Below, piece by piece: positions 1 through 10,235 of a stretch of DNA of 64,000 nucleotides. Under the pieces are notes generated by a model. It worked only from the letters and a program-made list of their open reading frames with translations. It was not told where the DNA came from and ran no database searches. The translations under genes and the position numbers were made by a program. The DNA is from TPA_inf: Saccharomyces (taxonomy: Eukaryota). The stretch lies in NCBI GenBank assembly GCA_000146045.2, contig BK006948.2:896001-960000 (forward strand). Direction: 5' to 3'. Within the stretch, counting starts at the first letter, position 1; every line of letters starts with the position of its first letter.

Positions 1-389
1 TGGCAATGTGCTGGAACGTTTGGATTCATGTGAGGAAGGAATTGCATCCATGTTTTCTAGCCATGAACTGTCGTCATTTACATTAGTTTCTTCGAGAAGG
101 TGCGCCATTCGTAAAGGAGCGTTCGCCTTTTTTTGAAACTTTGTTATCTTCTCTCGAAGTTCATCGATTTTGGATGTGTTATGTACATTAGGGGGAGAAG
201 AATTGAAATTTTGTTGGGGTGGGATAAGTTTTAGGCCAAGGGACGCCCTCAACTCATTCGTCTCTTCGATTGACAAAGACTCTTTATGGTCTGTATTCTT
301 TTCTTGAAAAACTGGAATAGGTTTCATACCCAGCTTTTCCCTTATTTCATTTGTCTCCTCAATAGAAAGGTTTTCCGTTTTGTTCATAA
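1..389 (-). CDS. SNU66: U4/U6.U5 tri-snRNP component Snu66, N-terminal ~129 codons (partial; gene continues beyond window start)
   Basis: Minus-strand ATG at 389 gives MNKTENLSIEETNEIREKLGMKPIPVFQEKNTDHKESLSIEETNELRASLGLKLIPP. The two tandem HIND (Hub1-interaction) motifs characteristic of yeast Snu66 are present. No stop codon before the window edge. Position immediately upstream of NOP58 fits YOR308C. Confidence 0.8.
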
Positions 390-824
390 ATTAATTAAGG
401 GTTGATGTGATGATTGCCTTTTTATTAATATCAAATAGTAACGATTGCACCATCTCATCCTTTGCTCACTTTCAAAAATTTTGTATATCTTTTTCGTCCC
501 GCGAATAATTTTAAGTTGCGCAGTTCACGATATGAATACCTATAACTGCTAATGGTACAAATTTTTTAAAGGTTAAACAAAACTTTTAATGATATAAAGT
601 ACCTAAAACTATGTAAACATAAATTATGTATACTATTTCAAATATATCACCTAAAAAAAATAATAAGTTCAATTCAATATGGGCGTACAGCACTAATTTA
701 CAGATTATGGAATAAAATATGAAATGAGAAATAGGTTAAGCATTGGATAATTATAGAAAATTTTCTAAATCCAAATAAAAGGGAACGCGAGGGGTCACTA
801 ATTATTAAAATGTAAAATGCATCC

Positions 825-2360
825 TTATTTCTTCTCTTTCTTCTCTTTCTTGGACTTCTTTTCCTTCTTCTCTTTCTTCTCTTTCTTCTCCTTCTTTTCC
901 TTCTTTTCCTTCTTTTCCTTCTTGTCCTTCTTTTCCTTCTTAGCTTTTTTAGAATCCTTGGAATCTTCATCATCGTCTCTCTTTCTCTTCTTTTCTTTCT
1001 TTTCTTTCTTTTCTTCCTCTTCATCATCAGAATCGGATTCAGAATCAGAAGCAGCCTTTGCGGTATCAGCATCTGCATTGTAGGCCCTAGCTTCAGTCAT
1101 TTCCACCTTCTTAGCCTCACGAACAACCTTTGGAGTAGTTCTTAAATCTCTACCTTCTAATTGGGATAATCTATTTTCTACTTTGGCTCTTGATTCTAGA
1201 CCAATGTCACCTGAATCGTCTCTATCTTCAGCTAAAGCATCATAACGCAATGAGACAGCGGCCTTAGCAGCCAGAACTCTTGCAATCTTACCTTTGTTCT
1301 TACCAGTAGCTTGACCAACAAGAGAGGCATGATATAGCAAACCATACTTTGGTGTATCATGCTTGGTCTTTAAAGCTCTGAATAAAGCCTTTTCGGCACC
1401 TAATATTTGGATGGTAGAAGCTGGTGATTTGGCCAAGGAAATTAAGGAACCTGAATGAGCGATAAGTCTAGCACCAACTAATTCACCAACCAACTGAGTC
1501 AAGTTTGGAGCAATAGCCTTCATTCTTGCAGACAAGTAATTGGACAACTGTTCTCTGTAAGCGGCAAATTCGACTATTTGTTCAGCTAAAGCATTAATGT
1601 TGTCTAGATCGGTTTGAGTGATTTCAGTACCCATAGACACTTCAGCAGCGGTTTTGACACGTTCTTCAATCTCTTCTGGTAAGATTTCACTCAAATCTGT
1701 TTCAGAAGCCTTGGATCTGATACCCATTGTTAGAATAATTCTCGCATAAGCGACGGAATCAGTAACAATCTTAGCTAACTCAGGAAAGTGCCACCCGTAC
1801 CATTCTTTACATCTCATGGCATATGTGTTTAATTCTTTATCTAAATCATCCAATAAAGCAATTGCTTGAATAATCATAACATCAACTTTGTCAGCAGAAA
1901 ATTTTAATTTGTGACGACCGATGGAATGAGCTAAACCCAAAGACATCTTGCTTAGATCATTATCAGACATACCTGGCAGCAATTCTGGCAAATATTCTTT
2001 GATAGCTCTATAGATATCTAAGGTTACAGCATCGGAAACAACATTGAAGTTCAATCCCAACTTATTAATAGCGTTTGCCAGTTTAGTTTCACTAACAATC
2101 AAGGTCGACTTCTTGTCCTTTTTAATTTCTTCCAGAAGTTTTTCTAATTGGGAAGAAACTTTACCTTCAATAATGGAGTTGGCTTCCTCTAAAGCGTTAG
2201 CTGCAGAGTTGAACTTGGAAAAGGCGGCGATCTTGAATTCCTTCAAGACTTTGTCAGAGCTATCCAAGTCTTGAATTAAGCTTGAAGATTTGTAGATTTT
2301 CTTATCGGAAGCTTTTAAAAGAGCATAACCAGCTGAAGTTTCAGTTAAAACGTAAGCCAT
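825..2360 (-). CDS. NOP58: Box C/D snoRNP core protein Nop58
   Basis: 511-aa ORF with a Nop domain and a C-terminal lysine-rich KKE/D repeat tail ([11 protein letters not shown]...). Recognised as S. cerevisiae Nop58 (YOR310C). Gene order with neighbours is consistent. Confidence 0.93.
826..1030. repeat. Low-complexity tandem hexamer-like repeat (ttcttt/tccttc units) encoding the NOP58 KKE/D tail
   Basis: Direct reading of the sequence shows degenerate CTT/TTC-rich tandem units. These generate spurious long ORFs on both strands (698..1078 minus, 817..1083 plus). Confidence 0.85.
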
Positions 2361-2465
2361 TGTATGAGGAGGTTGAGGTTCTACAGCTAATTTGGTATCG
2401 ACTGCTATTTCAAAAATAACTTATATGCGAAATTTTTGCGAAAGCATAAATAATTCTTGCTTTTC

Positions 2466-2497
2466 TGAAAATTTTCGATGAGGTTGAAAAATTTTCC
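2466..2497. promoter_or_regulatory. Ribosome-biogenesis promoter cluster: RRPE-like (tgaaaattttc), PAC-like (cgatgag), second RRPE (tgaaaaattttcc)
   Basis: Motifs are seen directly 105-135 bp upstream of the NOP58 ATG. PAC (GCGATGAG) and RRPE (TGAAAAATTTT) are the established RiBi-regulon elements, and NOP58 is a RiBi gene. Confidence 0.6.
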
Positions 2498-3055
2498 AAA
2501 TTTCTTTTTTTCTGTTCTAACGTACACAATGATATCAATATCAATAAGGCCACTGGGCGGTAATCGCAGATAAACCATATATCCTTGAGATGCCAAGATA
2601 AATGAACGCTGGTTCAGGATCTTGGTAATCGTATTTCGCAGGATTGTTCTTTTTTATTGTTCTCTGATATGATTGCTTTGTGACAAAGTTGGGGCATGAA
2701 AAAGCCTTTTTTTACTGATGAAAATATGGTGTAGGTTTACGATTAAATAATAATGTTGCGCCCCATTTGGATGCGCTTGTTGGCACATATATTAGTAACA
2801 TAAATGTTTTCATAAAACTGCTTGTGTCGAATGTTTCTAATGGCGTGAAAAATACGGAAATACTGCTGAATAATTTACACAGGTTCTAACTCTATACTCG
2901 GATATGTAGGATATTTAGAAAAATAATTTGTGGATGCCAAAGATCGAAGAGGTGCTGGATCGTTAACCACAGATAAACTGAATCGCGCACTCCAGTTACT
3001 GTAAAAAAGACTTACCGAAGAATATAAAACACTCCTGTTTTTGGTATATATGCTT

Positions 3056-3928
3056 TTATTTCTTGAATGTTTTGATTACTGCGTTCATAAAAAGTGATGA
3101 CAGGACAGGAATAGTGAAATTATCATCCCAGTTGAACAAATCTATACCTTCACTCAAAGCAGCTACCACACCACCTAACAAGGATAGCATATTCAAACTT
3201 AATCTGCTTGTTTCTGGGCTCCATTGGATCTCGCCAGGTTTGTTGACGTAGCTGTAGGCAGGAACAAAATAGCCATAAAATACCCAGCAGGTGATAACAC
3301 CAACTGTAAACGCAGCTATCGAACCTGCAAGGGATTTATTTCTTGCCACTTTGGGTGTTAAATGACCATACTTTCTTCCAATAGTTGCGGCGGCTGTATC
3401 GGACCAACTTAGCAAAAATAACGATATTAAGGTAACATCTTTAGAGAAAAAGTTAAAAGAAAAGATTAACCCAAGAATGTACCACAATACCCCATTGTAT
3501 GTATGAATCTCCTTTTTTCTCATTAGCGCACCCACAGTTCTACAGTAAAGCATATTGAAAAAGGGCCAGTTTAGTCTTATCAGATCCAAAATAAACAATA
3601 TGATGAAGGCGTATATCAAAGGCCATAAAACATTTTTATAATTAATACCCTGCGTATACAGGTACAAAGTAATAAAGCCAATGGAAGAATGGAACACCTT
3701 ACGGGGAATTTCATGTTTAGTTATAAAATCGCCGAACCATTCATGAGATTTCAAATGTATTTCTGTCACTGGAACGTGTGCATCGTCATCGCTACTACTA
3801 ATTTCTTCTTTTGCTGGAATCGTTACTTTCGCCGAGACTTGATGACTCTTAGATGATAGTCTTTGCTTAGCTTCGGTACGCGGCTCTAGCGTGCTATTTG
3901 GAAGGGCAATGGCATCTTCGGTCCCCAT
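3056..3928 (-). CDS. DGK1: CTP-dependent diacylglycerol kinase (ER/nuclear membrane, multi-TM)
   Basis: 290-aa ORF with a hydrophobic multi-pass C-terminal half and a Ser-rich N-terminus. Recognised as Dgk1/Hsd1 (YOR311C). Position between NOP58 and RPL20B fits. Confidence 0.88.
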   Translation of the reverse strand: MGTEDAIALPNSTLEPRTEAKQRLSSKSHQVSAKVTIPAKEEISSSDDDAHVPVTEIHLKSHEWFGDFITKHEIPRKVFHSSIGFITLYLYTQGINYKNVLWPLIYAFIILFILDLIRLNWPFFNMLYCRTVGALMRKKEIHTYNGVLWYILGLIFSFNFFSKDVTLISLFLLSWSDTAAATIGRKYGHLTPKVARNKSLAGSIAAFTVGVITCWVFYGYFVPAYSYVNKPGEIQWSPETSRLSLNMLSLLGGVVAALSEGIDLFNWDDNFTIPVLSSLFMNAVIKTFKK

Positions 3929-4249
3929 ATTGTCTGTAAACCCTGTATGAATCCAAATGACAGAAATGCGTAGATATCTGTTTACGTAATGTTCAACTGC
4001 TCTACGACAACACCGCTCAGGATTTTTATAATTACGCTACGTTTTATATTTATCGCAGAAAAACCAATAATTTGTTACCCGCTATGGACCCTGGATTTTG
4101 TAAAGATACATGGCATGACATTGTGCTTTCACGCTGGTAGTGCATAATGTAAGAGAAGAAACAGGATATATTTTAAAATTTCCTTGAATCTACAAAATGA
4201 ATTATACAAAATTTTATTATACTAAAAAACGTAGAAATATCTTGTTGGC

Positions 4250-5193
<944 letters not shown>

Positions 5194-5537
5194 TTTTTCT
5201 TTGCTTGATTCCTTTGTTACGGTTCTCTTCTATTATCTTCTGCAAAAATAATGCCCTCAAAAACGGTTATATCTATCTATTAGAGTTACTTCTTCGTACT
5301 GTTGCCAACTCGAGCGGAAAGAAATTAGACAGAATCTGGCGGAAAATTGAGAAAGAGCTAGACAGACTATGCGGAACAACTTGGAATCTGCCTCTGTCCG
5401 TGTGGCCTGGCCCTGGCCTGGGAAGTAACTGTCTAGGCCGCGGACATTTTTCTCTTCGGTAGTAAGCCGCCCTACTGGTCATGGGGTTACCTGAAAGAGA
5501 TAAAAATTCAAAGATAGCATCGCGCCGTCGGAAACGT

Positions 5538-5551
5538 AAAATGTACGGGTG
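5538..5551 (-). promoter_or_regulatory. Rap1-binding site (cACCCGTACATTt) in the RPL20B promoter
   Basis: Minus-strand reading CACCCGTACATTTT matches the Rap1 consensus ACACCCRYACAYM at 12 of 13 positions. It lies about 345 bp upstream of the exon-1 ATG fragment. Rap1 sites are the hallmark of RP gene promoters. Confidence 0.6.
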
Positions 5552-5857
5552 AACAGTCCCGAAAACCGTATTTATTGTTTTGGGGAAGAGCTTGTTTACT
5601 TCGTGCCTACAAACAATCAGCACCTTAAGATATGACAGAATAGCTTGCTATTTGATTTTTTTTTTATCTAGCTTGTAAATATTTATTAAGCCTTTCCTTA
5701 CAAAAAAATATATTTTCTTTTACCTCTTTTTTATGTTGAGCGTGTATACATTGGTAAATTTAAGTTCAGTGCTTTCAATAGATAACACCTATTGAATTTG
5801 CGCCAGTAGGTACAAATTGAAATTCTCGCCTATATTAAAATTATTTTCTATGCGAAC

Positions 5858-6874
5858 TTATTGTACTAGATGTGGTAAATCTCCTCCCTCAGATTTGTTG
5901 CCAAAAAATCTAAACAAACTTCTATCGGTGACAGAGGCCCAAATTTCGCGTTCTAAATCAGTTATGGTATCCCAAGTACCTCTCAATACATTTTTCATTT
6001 TTAAATCGGCCTGTTTGTCTAAGTTTTTATTATAAACAGAGTTTGTATGATATCCATAGGCAATGGGAAGCTTTGCAATACCAACAACTTGATGACTAAC
6101 TGCAGAAACTGCTCTTGTCATAAAATTGTATTCTAAAGCTAGCCCCCTATTAAACTCACAAGAAAAGGAATCATTTGGAACTTTCTTACCTTTGGGCAAA
6201 TACTTTACCGTTACCTTTTCGAATGTATTATTGACTGGTAACAAAACAGGGTCAAGTTGCCCCCTTATCAAAGGCTTGCCCTTTGTGTCTATGAATTTTT
6301 CATTATAGTACTTCCTAAATTTCATCAACCTTCCATGGACAGGTTGGTAAACATAGTTGTCTCCATTTCTTGCTGTCGTATCCCTGAGCTGCTTTCCATA
6401 CTTTTTCGACAAAGTATACGGAAGTGCAATTTCCTCACCTAATCTTTTATAAGTTTTTGTTTTCAAAGAAGGGACAACGCGCTCTACTGTACTTAAAGTC
6501 GAATTGGCCATCTTGTCAAAAAAATTGACCACTGGTGCTACGGCTTGAACGGGACGTGACACTACCACTTTATCGATTCTAGGCTTTGTTTGTGCTAAAA
6601 TAATTCTCGTTAGAGCAATCTTCTTTGCAATCTCTTCTGTTTCTTGCACTATTGGATAAGTTTCTATGTGATCAACTGTTTTCAAATTTAATCTACCCCT
6701 CCTAGCTGCATGTTCATTTGCACTGAGATTACTGTTTTCGGTAAAATTTTCTGTAACTGCTTCTTGTGTCTGCGATTGTTCCATTTCATTGGGTTCATTC
6801 GTGTTTTTGTGTAAAAAATTCTTATTTTCTTCTTGTGGTTTTGTAACCTTCACTATATTCAAATTTGATGGCAT
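5858..6874 (-). CDS. SPS4: Sporulation-specific protein Sps4
   Basis: 338-aa ORF recognised as Sps4 (YOR313C). Position fits. Confidence 0.85.
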   Translation of the reverse strand: MPSNLNIVKVTKPQEENKNFLHKNTNEPNEMEQSQTQEAVTENFTENSNLSANEHAARRGRLNLKTVDHIETYPIVQETEEIAKKIALTRIILAQTKPRIDKVVVSRPVQAVAPVVNFFDKMANSTLSTVERVVPSLKTKTYKRLGEEIALPYTLSKKYGKQLRDTTARNGDNYVYQPVHGRLMKFRKYYNEKFIDTKGKPLIRGQLDPVLLPVNNTFEKVTVKYLPKGKKVPNDSFSCEFNRGLALEYNFMTRAVSAVSHQVVGIAKLPIAYGYHTNSVYNKNLDKQADLKMKNVLRGTWDTITDLEREIWASVTDRSLFRFFGNKSEGGDLPHLVQ

Positions 6875-7056
6875 GTTTGTTGAAATATGTTATGTGAAAC
6901 CAATGTAGCAAAAACAATTTTTTATGTTCTTGTTGCTTGCCTCTCAAAAATAACAAAGGAAGAAATTTTGTCGAAAGTGTAGTAGAAGGAGGTAAAAAGT
7001 GAACACTTCTTAGCAATTTATAGTTCCAAAATTTATGAATTAATGACAATGATACG

Positions 7057-7066
7057 TTTTTGTGGC
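7057..7066 (-). promoter_or_regulatory. Middle sporulation element (MSE, CGCCACAAAA) upstream of SPS4
   Basis: Minus-strand CGCCACAAAA exactly fits the MSE consensus YGNCACAAAA bound by Ndt80/Sum1. It lies about 185 bp upstream of the SPS4 ATG. SPS4 is a classic MSE-driven middle gene. Confidence 0.65.
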
Positions 7067-8759
7067 GCGCGTCAATCGGCGATAATCAGCAACGCGTCTG
7101 ACGCTGCTGCAGGAACCAACAAAAAAAGGATACTAAACCCTCTTGAGTCCTTGTGTCTTAACGACCGCATAGACGAACACCGTTGCAAAGAAGTCCAGTT
7201 ATCTTCATTACGAAGTCTATTGTATGCTATGATTTTAAATAGAACCATAGGCAGCGAGACCGGCGTTTTTTCTTTTCTGCTCTTTTCTTTTCGTTACTTC
7301 GGAGAGGAAAGAGACTTATTTTACTGCTTCTTCTCCGTCTTTTTACTTAACATTACATATTTATTGGATTAGAACTTTTGTATAGGGGTAAACAATACTG
7401 AGGATATTCATAACTATCTTTTTTAGGTCTCCTTGGCTCTTTTAAGTAGAACAAAAAAATCTAGGACAGTTGCTTTGCCTTTTCAATGTCAGTTAAAAAA
7501 ATAATGGAAACGTTAGTTCCCACCCAGAAAGACAACAAAAAAGTGTTTTCTTTTCGAAGTATTCCAAGATTTCGTTGTCATGGCATATCGGTACAATCTT
7601 TTGGTTGGAATGAATAAAATCAGTTATCGTCCCACCAATGGGAATAGAGCATATAATGTTATCTCAGGACAGCAGTGATGTCCAAGAAAGTAACTACGAG
7701 AGTTTTACTATACTACATATTATAAGGACAAATAGTTGCATAGCAACAAGCTTGGGGGATAAACATCAAGAGAATGCATTGAGTTACTACGCAGGCCTTA
7801 AAGTAAGGCGATTCCACGGCAGTAATTAGTTTAGATAACAACTTACTCTACTGCGAGCTCTTCTTAAAAGACGTGTCCTTTTAAGATTCAGAAGCATTTT
7901 CTTGGGTAGGGGTTTTTTGCGTTACTCTGTTTTTTGAGATCGTAATTCGACACATAAAACTCTCAGCTAGCCCACCCTTTGGGCAAGTTATACCTTTCTA
8001 CTTTCGTCCAATCCATACATCGCCCAATTAGGATAAAAGTAAATAACATATTCGAGTTTTGTAAATATCCGAAAGGGGAAGACAAGGAAATATCTAGGCA
8101 CCAAATCCCTTTTTGGAAATGCGAACCACGGGAATATGCAAAAAAAAAAAGAAAACAATCCCGCTTTTTCAAGATTTCAGGCCGATTTTGAGATTAAAGT
8201 TTGACAGCCTCAGTCTTAAAAACAAAACAGTATGACAGAACGATTCAAAGAAACTACGGACAAAGGATTTATGCTAAACTGGTCACGCCGTTATAGACAG
8301 CAGTAATGCATGGAAAATCCCATGGCTATTCTAATCGGGTTTAAACTTTTTTTTTTCAGCTGCGAATATCTCTTAGTGCAAATTGGTAAACAAGAGAGCT
8401 CACAACACACTAAATACGTTGTGTAACGATACATAGCCTTGCTTAGGTAAACGACAGATGCATGCCCATTTCGATAGGAAAATCTTGAATTTTAAGCCCG
8501 TTACCGTAAATGTCATTCGATACTGTTTACAGTTTAGTTTTAAAGCGGTAACATTCTTGTTAATTTAAAATGGATCAATTTTGTCACTCTACGAGGAAAA
8601 TCAAGCGAAGTATTATTTAAACGCAACATTTCTTTGTGCCTTCCACACTTCAGCTATATTTGGAACTTAGGCGCGTTTAGGTGATAAGTTGTTCTGTAAA
8701 TATGTTTGATTAGTTAAACAAGAGAAATATAAAATTAAGAAAAAAAAAATTTCAAAAAC

Positions 8760-9800
8760 ATGGATGAAATGCATTCTTCAGACACACTTTTGTTGCGAAC
8801 ACCGAAATCAAAAAAAAAAATTGGGCTTGTAATACCCAGTACACCAAGTAAAAAATGTAAATATTCATCAGGCTTTATAGCAGAAGACACTACGCCCTCC
8901 AAACGGTTTCGTTTATACCAAGCCAAATTTAAGACAAGTTCAAAGAATGTCAAAGCCCAAACTCTTAGCGTATCAATAAAAAAAAATCAAGGTGAAATCA
9001 CCAATCCATTTATGACCGAAGGATATAATGATTACCGGAATATTGTCAGTCCTGGATTGAGTTTTGATAACGACTGCTTTTCAGAACATGAATTAGTTAG
9101 TCCATTGAGTGATATATCTTCGATAAACTCGACATCGCCTGATGTTGAAAAGATTGATTCTTTAGATCCTTTTGGCGTTGATTCTTTTGTCTGGAACTGT
9201 AAGCCGCTTGTTAATAAAGAAGCACTGGAGCTCCACCGAATGATTCATTCTTCGTTTCCGATGAGCCCACTGGAATCCAACAGTGATGTGCCACTTTTAT
9301 TGCCTAAACTCAAAAAAAGGTTATCTCCAGTAAACAGATCGACCTTCAAGCCAACAAGGTACGAACCCTCTCACCGTCTATTGAAGCCCAAAAAATCAAT
9401 TCTAACAGTACCAGCCAAATCTCTGAATCTCATAGTCAGTTCGTCGCGAGGCTCATTAAATGACGCTACCATCTTTGCCACCGAAATAAATTCTACTTTG
9501 AGCAATGAAGAAAACAAATTACCAGCAATTTCTAGTATTTGGGAGAAGCTCACAATTCCAGTAAACTCTTCAATTAAGGAGAAATACAAGAAGCTTAAAG
9601 ACCAAATATATGGGCAAGCTAGTAATTTTGGCGAAGATGAAGATAATGAAGAAGACAATGAAGACGACCTTCCCGACGCGGCAGTAATAAGAGGTTACGA
9701 ATTTCAGTCAGGAAGGCGCGATGAGCTGACGCAATGTAATGAACTACAGAGTACGAAGGACTACAAAAAAGTTCAGTGGGCAAAGGTTTTAGAACAATAA
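8760..9800 (+). CDS. SFG1: Nuclear protein / putative transcription factor for superficial pseudohyphal growth
   Basis: 346-aa Ser/Thr/Lys-rich ORF recognised as Sfg1 (YOR315W). Position fits. Confidence 0.82.
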   Translation: MDEMHSSDTLLLRTPKSKKKIGLVIPSTPSKKCKYSSGFIAEDTTPSKRFRLYQAKFKTSSKNVKAQTLSVSIKKNQGEITNPFMTEGYNDYRNIVSPGLSFDNDCFSEHELVSPLSDISSINSTSPDVEKIDSLDPFGVDSFVWNCKPLVNKEALELHRMIHSSFPMSPLESNSDVPLLLPKLKKRLSPVNRSTFKPTRYEPSHRLLKPKKSILTVPAKSLNLIVSSSRGSLNDATIFATEINSTLSNEENKLPAISSIWEKLTIPVNSSIKEKYKKLKDQIYGQASNFGEDEDNEEDNEDDLPDAAVIRGYEFQSGRRDELTQCNELQSTKDYKKVQWAKVLEQ

Positions 9801-10146
9801 CTAGGTTCTTTTTCTTCTAATTTGTTGAATTCTAAACAAAGGAGTTTTTTTTTATTATTTCTTAACAACTGGTCTTTTTAATTAAATGAAAAAAGATAAC
9901 AGCATTATTGTGCTAAGTATTGTACTCTTTTTTAGAAGCTGGAGTAATCTAAAAAAAGCTAAACACCATTATTACTATTTTCCTTCCTCAAGTTGTTGTT
10001 TTGCAAGACTATTGCTATTATATTATTATTATGATCATCATTATTATCACCTGTTTTCGCTTTTCCTCTTTTTTTATATTATCTCCTATACTTCTTACTG
10101 TAACAAAATTTATGATAAACATTGTATAAAAACATTATAGACGACT

Positions 10147-10176
10147 ATATATATGTGTGTGTGTGTATGTATATGT
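10147..10176. repeat. Short (TA)n(TG)n microsatellite in the SFG1/COT1 convergent 3' region
   Basis: tatatatatgtgtgtgtgtgtatgtatatgta read directly. Confidence 0.8.
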
Positions 10177-10235
10177 ACCGTATAACGATTTTTAAAAGTA
10201 TTTAATTCTTCACGCTTTTTCGTTATAAAGTCCTT

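Noticed and set aside
698-1083. Two long low-complexity ORFs (126 aa minus strand, poly-R/K; 88 aa plus strand, poly-FFS) overlapping the 3' end of NOP58
   Set aside because: They are artefacts of translating the KKE/D-encoding tandem repeat in other frames. I believe the minus-strand one corresponds to the ORF catalogued as dubious (YOR309C). Composition is extreme and there is no independent support.
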